The notes under the pieces are model-generated. The model was not told the DNA's origin. It did no database searches and worked only from the letters and a program-made list of their open reading frames with translations. From Lama glama (lineage: Eukaryota), in contig CM052816.1 in NCBI GenBank assembly GCA_028534125.1, forward strand, positions 34,164,001 to 34,228,000: a stretch of 64,000 nucleotides of DNA. The letters run 5' to 3'. The position numbers were made by a program, and so were the translations under genes. Each line of letters opens with the position of its first letter. Position 1 is the first letter of the stretch. Positions 12,350 through 24,810 of this stretch are shown here, in pieces.

Positions 12350-12746
12350 TGCTAGCAGGTGCTAGTGTCACAACTCAGAGAAAGGCTGTGTAAGGCTGGA
12401 GACCAGCCCTCTGCAGAGGGAAACCTGGCTGAGTGGGGCTGGATCTCTGAGAGGACACAATGCCACAGGTTCTGGGAGTTGGAAAACTGCAAAAGTAAGT
12501 CAAATGCTCCTACAAAACCCACCCACCACAGCTGAGCCACAGAGGTGCTCCTAGGGTGATGCTGGCAGGAACATGAAGCAAGCAGGGAGCTGAGTGTGCC
12601 TTCTTTTCCAGCCTTCCAGCTTCCCCCAGTTTCCCTAATGGCAGAGGCGGTAGGGCGAAGCAGATGGATGACTGCAGAGTCTCAGCATAAACCAGAGAAT
12701 AAAGGGGTACCTCTGAGGCTGAGTCAGAGGCTCGCTAATTAGCATA
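12350..12746 (-). mobile_element. Ancient ERV LTR fragment (LTR78/LTR33-like)
   Basis: 'ttttccagccttccagcttcccccagtttccctaatggcagag' motif. Its end is organised like that of 55050-55510. Family uncertain. Confidence 0.4.
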
Positions 12747-14176
12747 GCTTTGCAGCTCACAAGCTACCAGAATGACTTATGCAAACTACTATACAGGATA
12801 CCACATAATTGCTAGAACACAGAAAAATGAGATGATATGAATCTTATTTTATAAACTAGTGTGGAGGAAATATTAAATGTATTCTTTTAAAATAGATTGA
12901 AATCCAGTCCTGAGTTCCCCTGCAGTTCTTCCTGTGGCTCCTCGTTCCCCTAGGGTTTTGCAAACATCACGTGCTCTGCTGCAGCGTCCAGGAGGTCTGC
13001 ACTGGTTCCTCCTAAGAGGCCCATTTTCTCCCTCTTCCCTCTGAGACACAACATCCTTCAAAGAACTTAGGCCACTCAGAAAGGGACAGAGACAACCACT
13101 GACTTTAGGCGGTTTCTGCTTTGAGCTCCAAAAAAAAACACCCTGAAGCAGGAAAACACTAAAAAGCCGTCTACCGGCTTGGAAAAAACTTCAGAAAAAA
13201 TTTTTAAAATCAATATTTTCATACACTATCCTCTCACATAAATACGATGCTTATGGGTATAGAACAATTTAATAATATTCAAATGGAAGTGGAAAATGGC
13301 AAATGTGCCTGGTTTATAGCATGTCCCCACTTTTTGTACCGACTATGGGCTGTACCGAGTATTCGGCCCCTGAGGGAGGACGGGCATTGAATCTAGAATA
13401 TTCCTCCTGCTGTGCCATGAAAAAAATAGCACATGAGGGAACTTTCTTCATGGTCTAAGTTCTGTGAATGTAATTGATCTGTTCAATTGTGACTATCACT
13501 GAAAAAAGAGAAACAGTTCTCCTTTGTTTTAATCATCACTGCTGTTTTCAAGACATATAAATCACCAGTTTCACTAGGGGTTATATTCCCAACCACAGCA
13601 TTACTGGTGTCCGTGAAAATATTTCCAATTCCCTACTGTTTTCCTCAAAGCAGAACAGAGGCAGCCTGAAACTAAACTTAATTCCCGGTGCTAATTTCAA
13701 GGTCCTTGGAGATAATGAACATGTTACTCGATTTATATGTTAAACGTTATTTGCCAACGTGATTTGTGCTCTTGAGATCCTGGGTGCACTCTAGAGTTTA
13801 CGCTGGTGGTAGAGTGTAGCCTCAAGAGCCTCTCTTTAGGAAGGACCTTGTGAAAGGAGGCTCATGATGTACAAAACAGTGCCAGGGACACCTATTAACG
13901 GCAGGTGTGAGGAACTGTAGCGGTGCTGTGAACACCGAGAAACCACTTTCCCAAAGGACGTCCCGTGCCTTCGAACGTCTGCTGCTGCTCTCTCAAGTGT
14001 GGAATGAGGTGTTACAGTGTTTGTGCTTTGGGTTTGCTCTCTGCCAGAGATGACTTCTGTTGCACCCGAAACAAAGCCAGGTATAATAATAATAAAAAGG
14101 CCCCACCACAGCACTGGGAAATGGGACCATTCAGCACGATCAGAAACAAAGCCACAGTCTGGATGCCTCAGGCCTC

Positions 14177-14196
14177 TTTTTTTTTTTTTTTTTTTT
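14177..14196. repeat. poly(T) tract
   Basis: Run of about 20 T. Confidence 0.95.
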
Positions 14197-17050
14197 AGCA
14201 CATTGTAAACAGGGGCGAGATCATCATCCAAAGAGGTGGTTTTTTTCCACCTAGTTTTCATATTTTGAAATTTCTTCCTCCAAAATCGCGACGAACACCC
14301 ACAGAAAAAGGAGGGTACAGGATACATCTCAGCTCATTTTGTCTCTCACTAGATTCTCAAATTCATTTCATCTATCATATGCATTACTTCAAAAGATACT
14401 TCACAAAAACGGGTTCTCATAAAACGATATCCCCGTGAAAATAATTTTCTTCAGTTTATTCTAACATAACAGAGAACTTAACCATTCAAAACACCAGCCT
14501 ACTGCTTCGCCGTGTATGTGTGGTCCAAAAGAAAATTAATGATGCTGCAGGACTTCTGATACAATTATGCGCAGAAGAATTGTATTCAGTCTTCTTGATA
14601 ACAAGCAAATGCATGATGACAACAGCCCTTGAATCCTCTCTTTACATCTTTTTTTTCCCAGTAGAAGAACAATGCTCCCTGTAATAAGGCTTCTTCTTCC
14701 TACCATCCTACAGTGACACCCAGGAAAAATAGTAAATTACAGTTTGTGCCCATGAATCACTAAGATTTTTCCAACCTCTCTGAGGCAAAGAGATTTATGT
14801 GTTGAAAGCAGTAGCTTTTTGCAAACCATCTTACACTGTGCATTGTCTGCGCAGTAAGATATGTCTCTCCTCCTCCATGTTAGCTAGCCTCTAAAGGTCA
14901 CAAAAGCTAAATCCAAATATAATGACATCCAGTAACATTTCTATTGCCAAGAGACTACTCGCTGACTTTAATGCAATGCATTCGTTAATGCAGAGTAGCA
15001 TTTCTTTTAGCATTTATGATAGTCCTGTGCTCAGACACAAATCAGTTTACAGTTTCTCTAAAGAATATGCTATTCTGAACTGAGAGAAAAGTGAAGGCAT
15101 TAATGATCACTGTCATCATAAGGCTGGAATGGACTTTGCTGTTGTTTTAGTTTGGGCAAGAAATTTCAAAAGAAATTATCCAATAGATGACTTTGTTTTA
15201 ATCCTAAGAGCCAAACCCTGTGTGTGGATACAAGGTATTTATTCCCATGGATAGTGGATATTACCTTACTTAAAATTCTAAATTGAATTCTCAATAGAGC
15301 TATTAGCCTAGGTGCTCTTTAACCTGCAGGAGCTCAGAAATCCCTAGAATTGGAAGTCTGTTTCAGTCATCCCACAGGTACGAGGAATAACTTAAGAACT
15401 GTGCTGGAGTCGTCTCCCAAAGCATTAAGGGAAAAAAGGGAGGAGTTGTCTTCCTTGACGTTATTATTTCCACCCCATTCTGAAAACAGTCATTTCTCCT
15501 GTTCTCTGTGCAGCCCAGCCTCTTTAGAGAGACCAAGCCCTGGTAGCCGAGTTCTCACAAAGACTAAAATTAACTGTAATCACCTTTGTACAGTATATAA
15601 CTTGAAATCCCATAATGGCACAATGCAAGTGGAAAATCTACTCTCTTTTCTTTCTAAGACCAGAGACCAAATAAAAATTAAAAACAACCCATTTCCTTTT
15701 GCAATGGGGACTCTTTAATAGTAAAATGAAAAGATTTCAGCCTTCTTTTGCTGCAGCAGCTCCCACGCCTACCTAACTTAATGGCACCGTAAAGCTCTGG
15801 TAGTTGCACTCCGCAGACAACACATGAAAGTGTGGCTGTGGGTGAGAAATAACTTGACATCAAAGCCGCTCAGGAAAAACGCATTCATTAGACATGAAAA
15901 CAACAAGAGAGGAAAGCTCAAGTTTGTCCTCGAAAGAGAAGTGAAGTGTGAAGATGGTGAGGTCACAGCGAATCCCAGACAGCCAAGAAAAGCCTTCTGC
16001 ATGTGACAACACTTCATTGGTATGAAGGGGCTGAGGATTTATGGAATTTCGTCATAATTAACCCAAATCACAGGGTACGGTCACCGCTGAACACTCATGC
16101 TTAAGTTCCAACCCATCAAGCCCCCTGAGGAGAAATAAAAATAGTGGTATCTGCTAATGGGGCAACTTCCCGTCCTGCCAGGAAGGAGACAGAACCTTCA
16201 ACGAACCTTCCTCTGAGGAGAAAAAGAAGGCATTTAAATAATTTTGAGCTTCTGTAGCATCTATGAAATAAGACACAGTGAGATGAATGAATTTGCTATT
16301 TCCTTGACTTGGTACAGAGGAGGGAGGTGGACTCAGAGCCAAGGATCCTAGTTTTCGTTTCCATTTTTACTTCTGGCTCATTACACCGTCCAAGAGCAAC
16401 CAACTCATTCTGCTTGTCTTGATTTCCCATTTATTCAGTTCTAAAATGTGTATTTCTGTGGAGGTTCCCAAGTCACTCAGTACTTCCAAGAGACTCAGGC
16501 TGCCCTGTTCTGACCATCATTAAGCCTCTAAATAATAGGTAGAAAACCTAAACATGAAGCTGGTGTTTTAGCTAAGCTGGAAGTATGTTTCTTAGGTCTC
16601 CCTTCCTTGCGTGGTTCCTGTTAGGGCCGCCACAGAAGAACGTGCGTGAGATCTGGAGGTGGAGTGTGCCAGTAGCCGCTAAGTTCAAAAGGAGTCTGTA
16701 AAACTCACACCCTCTGCTGCTCATATGACGGTTTCCCCTCACTGCATTAGGCAGCAGCAACTTGGCACTGCAGCCCTTCCGCTCCCACCAAAGCTCCTCC
16801 ACGTTTTCCAGGCACACATGCAGCGCTGCAGTGAAGGGCGCCAGGTCCTTCTGCAGAGCTTCTGCATCATTAAGGTCAGATGTAGGGAGAGACTAAATGT
16901 GAACTGCAGTTTGTCCTCATGGGTTCCATTTGTCCCAGCAGGCTCCAGTCTGTCCCTGCTTTACATCGACCTTTTCTTTCACACAGCCTATTCTAGGGAC
17001 CAACAGTGATCACAGCCTATTCCAGATGCAGAAGCAAGAACCTTCCTTAG

Positions 17051-17403
17051 TGCTGTGGTCTCAGTGTTTGTGTCCCCCCACCGCACTGATACGTTGGAAT
17101 CCTAACCTCCAAAGTTGTTGGTATCAGGAGGTCAGGTCTTTGGGAGATGATAAGGCCACGAGGGCCTCCATTGGCATTTAGTGCCGTTATAAAAAGAAGC
17201 CAGGACAGATTCCCCCACCATGCGAGGTCACAGCAAGAAAGCCCCAGCCATGAACCAGCGAGAGGGGCCTCCCCAGAAGGGAGCCATGCCGGTGCCCTGA
17301 TCTCGGACTTTCCCGTCCCCAGGACTGTGAGAAACAGATGTCTGTTTTCATAAGCACCTGTTCTGTGGGATTGTGTTACAGCAGCCTGCGAACAAACAAG
17401 ACT
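17051..17403 (+). mobile_element. Solo MLT1A-type LTR with 5-bp TSD
   Basis: Starts 'tgctgtggtctcagtgtttgtgtcccccc' and ends 'gttacagcagcctgcgaacaaacaagact'. TSD cttag at 17046-17050 and 17404-17408. Confidence 0.9.
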
Positions 17404-17554
17404 CTTAGACTTCTTTCCCTTCGTGTTCCCTACTTTGTGACTTCTCTGACCCTTTAACCATCCCTTCCAGACTTACGTCCCCAGCTTCTACCACAGTGTT
17501 GTTCAACTCTGTCATAAATCACTTACTTTAGGTCTTCCATTCCCTGATCAAACC

Positions 17555-17994
17555 CATCTCACAATTCTTAGAGTCAGGAACCACCAGGGCAGAGCTCAGC
17601 TAGACGACTCTCCTGCCCTCGAGTGCTGCCTGGGTCACTGGGTGGCACTCAGCTGGTAGCTGGACTGGTCTTCAGGGTCCAGAACAGTTCCAGTCACATT
17701 CATGGCACTTTGGCAGGGGCACCCGGAAAGCTGAACTACACTAGCGCCGTTTACGTCACCATGTGGTCTCTTCCACAGGGTATCTGAACTTCTAACAAAG
17801 AGGTTCAGGGCTTCAAGAGTACGGGAAGCTGCCAGTCCTCTTAAAGGCTAACCTGGAGCTGGCATTATGTCATTTACACTGTACATCAATGGGCAAGGTA
17901 GTCACAAACCAACTGGTTGAAGGGGACAAGAAAGAGACCCAAGCTCTTCATGGGAGGGATGCCAAAGAATTTTTAGTCATCTTAAATCCACCAC
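17555..17994 (-). mobile_element. MLT1H-type LTR
   Basis: 'ctcacaattcttagagtcaggaa...gctcagct...ggaagctgccagtcctcttaaaggcta...cttaaatccaccaca'. Confidence 0.75.
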
Positions 17995-18549
17995 AAAACC
18001 AAACTGGCCTGTGTAAGCATTGAAGCTAATTTGGTCAGAATTATGTCCTTCCATCTTAGTTCCTCCTCACCCTTCTTACAACCTTTTCCACATTTATTTA
18101 CTTATCTCTCATTTATAATTATATCACGTGATATCTTAAGATTGTCAAACCCTTTTACGTGGCCATCTTCTACTTTTCAAAGATGGTAAGTTTGGGAACA
18201 GGACAGGTTTCCCTCCTATACCTGTCTCCCACTCCCACTTGTCCCCACACCTGTGGCCTCTGGGAAGTGCAGAGCTAGGAAATCTAGGAAGCTAGGAAGG
18301 CTTGGGGGTCAAACATAGAGGAACTGGAAGCAAAGTGCAGTGTTTGACATGCACTGAATGTCCTATCATGATAACTGACTGACAGAGGCTCACACGTCGG
18401 TCTGTACCTCCTTTCACTGCAGCTGAGAGGATGGAAAAAGACAGTTCTCTCACTGTCCTTAAAAGCTTTCTATAATTTTAAAATTAATATTTATCATGAA
18501 CCTGAGTTTAAAAGCCATGAGTAAAAGAAAACTTTTCTAAAAAAAGAAC

Positions 18550-18890
18550 TTTTGATTCTGATACCATTTTAAACTTACATAGAATTTGCAAAAACAGTAC
18601 AGGGTCCCTGTATACCCTTTCCCCAGCTTCCTCAAATGATAACACCTTATATAACTACAGTAAAATGATCAAAACTAGGAAGTTGACTTTAGTATAATTC
18701 TATTAACTAGACTATTGACCTTATTCAGATTGTGCATTTCACTCTTTTTTTATGAAATAAAGGTTAGATTTATGAAATGTCATCACATGTGTAGATTCAC
18801 ATAACTCTCCCCGCAATCAGGATGCAGGATTGTTTCATTTACCAAAAGAAACTTCCTCATGCCACCCTTTTATGGTCACACCCTCCTCCA
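18550..18890 (-). mobile_element. L1MC/MD 3' end
   Basis: 'aaacttacatagaatttgcaaaaacagtacagggtccctgtataccctttccccagcttcc...atcacatgtgtagattc...gccacccttttatggtcacac'. Confidence 0.8.
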
Positions 18891-19099
18891 CACCATCAAA
18901 GCCAGCCCACTCTACAGTGGAGCAGTGGGGGAAGGCTAATAGCCACACACAGTTCCACTCAGAAAAAGGGAGAAAGAGAAACACCACAGATATTAATCCA
19001 TAGCAATGAAGTGACTCTACAGGGTAGTCTTCTGAGGCCCCCCTCCTCCTGGCAGTGGAAGAGGTTCTTAAGTTAGACCCTAATTCTGCTTTTGGGGAA

Positions 19100-19418
19100 T
19101 GTCAGAGCTTGACTTCTGCAGGAAGCAGACTCTGGCACAGGTCAGCACCAGGAGGTTTACTAGAGAATGCTCTTGGGAGAAAAGCTAAGAAGTAGATTGA
19201 GAAGACGAAGAGGTAGCTCTCCATCTATTTCAGTCTTACTAACAGCTTCAGCCACTCAGTGGGGGATCCTAAGATAGGATGTGCCTTCAGCCCTCTCCTG
19301 AGATGGGCTGAAAGATGGGGCCTTTTATTCCCACACTGAACAGTCACTAGACCTGGGAAGGTGTCATGATCTTGAGCAAGCAACTGAGGGCTGCCAGCCA
19401 CCAGCACTGCCAGCATCC
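19100..19418 (-). mobile_element. LTR16-type (ERVL) LTR
   Basis: 'caggaagcagactctg...caggaggtttactagagaatgctcttggga...ccttttattcccacactgaacagtcact'. Confidence 0.65.
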
Positions 19419-20134
19419 AATTTTATAACTGGGAGTGGAGGTCAAAATGAATCATCCCAACATTTCCCATAGGAGAGGAATTGTCTTTCAGATGTGGGGT
19501 TAAAGGACCATGAGGGCTGTGAAAAACCTTACAGAGAGCACAGTGCACTACCCAGATAACTCTGGGCTTTGAGCTGGGTGGGGTAACCATTTCGGACTTA
19601 GGGAAAGAAAGTCGTCTGTTTGTGGAAACAAGGTGTAAAAGTATAATCGGAGACCAACGGGCAGAGGCAGGTAGCTCTCCACCAGAATTGTATGTCCTAA
19701 CTTCAAGAATGTAGATTTCTCTCTGGGAACTGGCTTTCTGGGCCCAGACTTAGTTCCCAAATTCCCTGCTCCAGAGGTTAAGGCTGCCTTGTGTCTGAGT
19801 TCTGTCCAATAGGATAAAAGCAAACGTAATGTATGCACACACAGACCTGACCAAACCTCCCCGCAGTGGGGCTCTTCCTGCCTTCTGGCTGGGTGCCACG
19901 AACTTCATTCCCATTGCCCAGAGGGCAACTCTGAAATCATGTTTTGAAAACAACAAAACCTAAGTCAGCCTGGGTCCCAGGAATGGCAGGGCCCTTTCCC
20001 AATCCTGCGCACCTGCCAAATACTGTTATGTGAATGGCCCTCAAGCTGCTCTAGTGGTTTTGCTATGGCAGCTAGCTCTGCACAATCTAATACAACACAT
20101 CCACATTCAGACACATGCACATAAACAAACAGTG

Positions 20135-21253
20135 AAAAATGTGATTTTTAAAAGTTACTGTTTACAGTAATCACAATGATATGAAGTTTTTAGGTAGAAA
20201 TCTAACAAAATTTGTAAGATCTTAACGGGGAAAATAATCAAAGTTTATGAAAAGATGCTAAGTAAAAGTGAGAAAGCTACAGAAGAACAGATGAGATGGG
20301 AGAAAGAGAAGGAGGGAGAGAGGAAAAGAGAAAAAGGGAGGAGCGTTATATTCATGTAGGAAAAGATTTAATAATGTAAAGATGTCACTTTTCTTACAAT
20401 TATACTAAAGATTAAGTGAAAGTCCTATCAGTTATCAATGAAGCACTTCATGAAACTTCATGAGGTTATTTTAATTAGATATAGGGAAAAAATGACCCTA
20501 AATAACTAAGATAATAACAATACAGAAACATCTCTTTCAAAATTTATATTTTTTTAAATTATTAGGATTATGATAACATGACAGTTAGAGAGACAGGCAG
20601 AGAGAGAGAAAAAATGATGCACCAGAATACAGAGCCATGAAACAGACCCATGCATGTACTGAAACATGATATATGATGGATCGGGTTGGAAAGAATAGAA
20701 TTTTTGATAATGCAACCGAGGAAAGAATTAGTCATCAAAAACTAGATTAGACTTAGAGGGGAAAAGCATTGCTTTAAAAACCTTCAGAAGAAATGTAAAA
20801 TAATACCTTTATAAGCTAAAAGTGGAAAGAATTTCTTAAAGTACATAAGCCACAAATTAGGCTGATTAAAATTATAAAGTTCTAGTTATCAAAATATACC
20901 ATAAAGAAAATGAAAATGGGAGCTTTAAAACCCAATAAAAACAATAGGAAAAAGAAAATCTGATAGAAAAATGGTCAAAGCATAGGAGTGAAGGTGGATC
21001 AATATGAAGGCACATAGAGCAGAATTCATTAACAGAATCAATATGAAAGGTGACTTGGTGTTATCTTACAAAGCTTAATTGTTCACTCACATGAAAACTA
21101 CAGAAAACTCACGTCACAATGTTCAAGTTTCTGATAGGTAAATGTTTTTAATAGTGACAAACTGGAAACAATCTACATGTGTACAAGCAGAGGATGGATA
21201 AATTGAGGTAGAGTCACAACAGAAAGTCACTTAGGAGTGAAAAGAAGTGTGTT
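20135..21253 (+). mobile_element. Old L1ME-type ORF2/3' region, highly decayed
   Basis: 'taggtagaaatctaacaaaa...gatttaataatgtaaagatgtca...atagtgacaaactggaaacaatctacatgt...ggatggataaattgaggta'. Confidence 0.7.
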
Positions 21254-21851
21254 ACAGCCACAGGTGAAATAATTATCACAGAAAACCAACTGAAAACTGG
21301 CAGATATTCTACACAACCAAAGTTACAAGAGAGATCTCCATGTACCTGCGTACGACAGAAAAAAAATGGCACCAGGAGAGGACAGCCACCCCTGGAAGGG
21401 ATCTGAAATGGGGAAAAGGTCCACACAGGCAGACCCTTGCCCTGGGGAGCCACCATGCCTGCTGAGAAATCTGCTGGGACAGTCAGAGGGGCTGCAGAAG
21501 CCTAGACTCTCCTCACAAGGAGTGCACACTTGTTGGCTTGCTAACAGTCAGGGAGGAGAGAGACCTGTGCTGGCAGCTACAGCCTTCCATGCTTCCCAAA
21601 TCAAAGGGGCGAGTGCCCCAACCCTGCTTCCTCCATACTGCCCCTGGCATGAGATCAGGGCAGAGTCAGTCTAGCTGCCCAGAGACAAACCTGGCATCCA
21701 GGATGTGATCCAGGCTGAAGCTCAAAGACCACTGTAGAGCATGTATGGGGGCAGCAGGTCTAAACAGGCAGATGCTGTCAGCATGTCCCTGGTGGGGCCA
21801 AAAGAACTGTGCAGCAGCTAAGCACTGAAGCTTAAGCCCTGGGAGAGGACT
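21254..21851 (+). mobile_element. L1 5' UTR segment (GC-rich)
   Basis: 21255-21350 aligns by eye to the L1 5' end at 36663-36760 ('aattatcacagaaaaccaactgaaaactggcaga...atctccatgta'). The GC-rich continuation ends at 'ccctgggagaggact'. Confidence 0.7.
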
Positions 21852-21857
21852 ACTTAA

Positions 21858-23518
21858 TAATTAATATTGTTAAAATGCTAAAATTGAAGGAACAAATAAT
21901 CCTAAAGTTTATATGGAATCATAAAAGACAGAGAATATCCAAAGCAATCTGGACAAAAAAAGAACAAAGTTGAAGGCATAACACTTCAAGACTTTAGACA
22001 GTAATACAAAGCTACAATAATCAAAATGGTGTGATATTGGCATAAAAATAGACATACAGATCAATGGAATAGAATGGAGAGGCAAGAAATAAACCCATAC
22101 ACCTACAGTCAATTGATCTTTAACAAAGAAGGCAAGAATATACAATGGAGAAAAGATAGCCTCTCCAGCAAGTGGTGTTGGGAAAGCTGGATAACTACTT
22201 GTAAAACAATTAAGTTAGAACACTCCCTCACATCACACACAAAAGTAAACTCAAAATGCTTTAAAGATCTAAATTTAAGACGACACCGTAAAACTCTTAG
22301 AAGAGAACGTAGGCAAAACATTTTCAGACATAAATTGTAGCAATATTTTCTTAGATCAGTCTCCCATGGCAAAAGACATAAAAGCAAAAATAAACAAATG
22401 GAACCTAATCAAACTTAAAAGCTTTTGCACAGTAAAGGAAACCATCAGCAAAACAAAAAGAAAACCTATGGAATGGGAAAAATATATGCAAATTATTTGG
22501 CAAACAAGGGGTTAATATCTAAAACATGCAAACAGCTCAAAGAGCTCAATTTCAAAAACAAACAAATAACCCAATAAAAATGGGCAGAATACCTAAATAG
22601 ACATTTCTCCGAAGAAGACATACAGATGGCCAACAGGCACATGAAAAGATACTCCACATCACTGATTATTAGAGAAATGCAAATCAAAACATCAAGACTA
22701 GAGTGAGGTATCACCTCACACCAGTCAGAATGGCCACCATCAAAAAGCCTACAAATAATAAATGAAGGAGAGGGTGTGGAATGTAGAATGGTGCAGTCAC
22801 AATGGAAAACAGTATGGAGGTTCCTTAAAAAAACTAAAAATAGAGCTCCCATATATGATCCAGCAACCCCACTCCTTGGTATATAGCCAGAAAAGATGAA
22901 AAGTCTAATTCAAATAGATAAATGTACCCCAATATTCATAGCAGCACTATTTATAATAGCCAAGACATGGAAATAACCCAAATGCCCAAATATATACATA
23001 TATATACACACACATATACACACACACATAAATACACACACACACACACATATACATATACACACACAATGGAGTATTACTCAGCTATAAAAAGAATGAA
23101 TTATTGCCATTTGCAGCAACATAGATGGATCTAAAGAATACTTAGAGAGCAAGTCAGACAGAAAAAGACAAATACTGTATGATACCAGTTACATGTTAAA
23201 TCAAAAAAATAATACAAATGAATCTATATACAAAACAGAAAGAGACTCACTGACATAGGAAACAAATTTATGATTACCAAAGGGGAAAAGGGGTAGGGAG
23301 GGGGAGGGATAAATTAGGAGTTTGAGATTAGCAAATATAAACTGCTATGTATAAAAATAAAGAACAGGGATTTATTATATAGCATAGGGAACCATATCCA
23401 ATATTTAATAATAATCTATAATGGAAAATAATCTGAAAAAAGTGTATATAACTGAATCACTTTGCTATATACCTGAAACTAACACAATATTGTAAATCAA
23501 CTATACCACAATTTAAAA
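21858..23518 (+). mobile_element. L1 ORF2 C-terminal part and 3' UTR
   Basis: ORF 22074-22340 '[35 protein letters not shown]' is L1 ORF2. The 3' UTR ends 'gtaaatcaactataccacaatttaaaa'. Confidence 0.95.
22990..23068. repeat. Compound (TA)n/(CA)n microsatellite inside L1
   Basis: Directly visible. Confidence 0.95.
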
Positions 23519-23524
23519 CAATCT

Positions 23525-24340
23525 TTTGCTGAATTCTTGTATACTTCAGCAACTTATAGTTTCAATTTAACCATGATTTGACAATGACAGTAGCACCCCA
23601 ATTCACTAACTTTACCTAATAAATTTATTGCCACTAAATTTGATGTGTGTTTTACCTTTAAATTATTTTCCATCCTTACTCAAATTTGATTCATTAAACT
23701 GAAGCCTCTTTTGGCTTTAGTACTATCATATTTCAAACTCTACTCTTTCATCAATAATATGAACAACTTCTTACTGAATTAGATAACCGTGTTTAATACT
23801 AGAAGAATAATTCCTCAAGTTGGGTGATATTCTATCCACAGTGTAAAGGCTATAGGCATAATATACTTTTAAATTTAATCTGAATTAACATTTTTCTCAA
23901 TCACTTTTTTAAGTCCAGACTGTCAACCAAACAATAAGTCACCATCTGATCTGAAGTATTTGCCTACTGTCAGCGTGCAGGTATTCTCACTGGCTGATTT
24001 CAAGCTACCAATGCAAAGTCAATGAATGTGAATCTACAGAGAGATACACAGTAGCACACACTATTCTCCAGTACTTTCACCATACAGATACACTAGTCAT
24101 AAATGACTTCAAGAACAGAGTTAAGACAAAAAGCAGTAACATAATTTTAAAAGTGATGAGTTTTCACTATTTATCTCTAATTTGAAAGTAGTAGTTAACT
24201 TTTAAATAGTAGGTTTTAAACATTTTAAAAGAGTTTAAATATATAGGTTTTAATAATGGCTGCATTTAACAGTTTTCAAAGTTCCTGAAAATTTGGCAAT
24301 TGGCTCTTCTGATCAAGAGCTAGTCCTCCTCAGCCCACCT
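23525..24340 (+). mobile_element. Arthur1 (hAT-Tip100) DNA transposon fossil
   Basis: Matches the Arthur1 end: 'ttcaagctaccaa...agatacacagtagcacac...ccatacagatacac...aagtgatgagtttt...taataatggctgcatttaac...ttcctgaaaatttggcaattggctct'. Left boundary uncertain. Confidence 0.75.
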
Positions 24341-24399
24341 GTTAGAGGATGGGTTGAGTGACAGTAAATGGGCGGGAGTAAGAGCAGCCAAGCACACTG

Positions 24400-24810
24400 T
24401 TAAGAGGTTGCTGGTGCCCTCCCTCGGAAAACAGCGGTACTACAGTTCTCTTGCTCTGAGATATAGTCATGCGCACTGAGTTCTGGCTAACAGTATAGAG
24501 TGGAAGTGATGTGTATCACTTCCCACCTGGTTGATGGTCCTCCCCACCCACTTCTCTCTCAGATGAGATCTTAGCTCTCTTCCTCATCTGCCAGCTGAAC
24601 GGAGAAGGCTGAGCAGTCCCAGAAGACAGAGGCACAAGAAACAGGAACCTGGCTCCTTAATAGTCGTGTTGAACAGAATCACCTCTCACTTGCCCCCTCT
24701 ACTCACCCACTCATTCACATGCTGACCAGAACAGGCCTGAGATGACCAAGAAAATCATTTTACTTCGTTGAATTACACAGATTTCAGGACTTATCTGTCA
24801 CAACAACTGG
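24400..24810 (+). mobile_element. MLT1J-type LTR
   Basis: 'gtcatgcgcactgagttctggctaacag...gtggaagtgatgtgtatcacttcc...cagatttcaggacttatctgtcacaaca'. Confidence 0.7.

Noticed and set aside
13836..14327. Longest ORF (163 aa, minus strand)
   Set aside because: Its poly-Lys stretch is just the poly(T) tract, and it has no recognisable domain or exon structure.
14827..14863. 'catcttac' hairpin as a miR-200-family precursor
   Set aside because: Only the first few bases match, the hairpin is under 40 nt, and no miR-200 3p arm is present.
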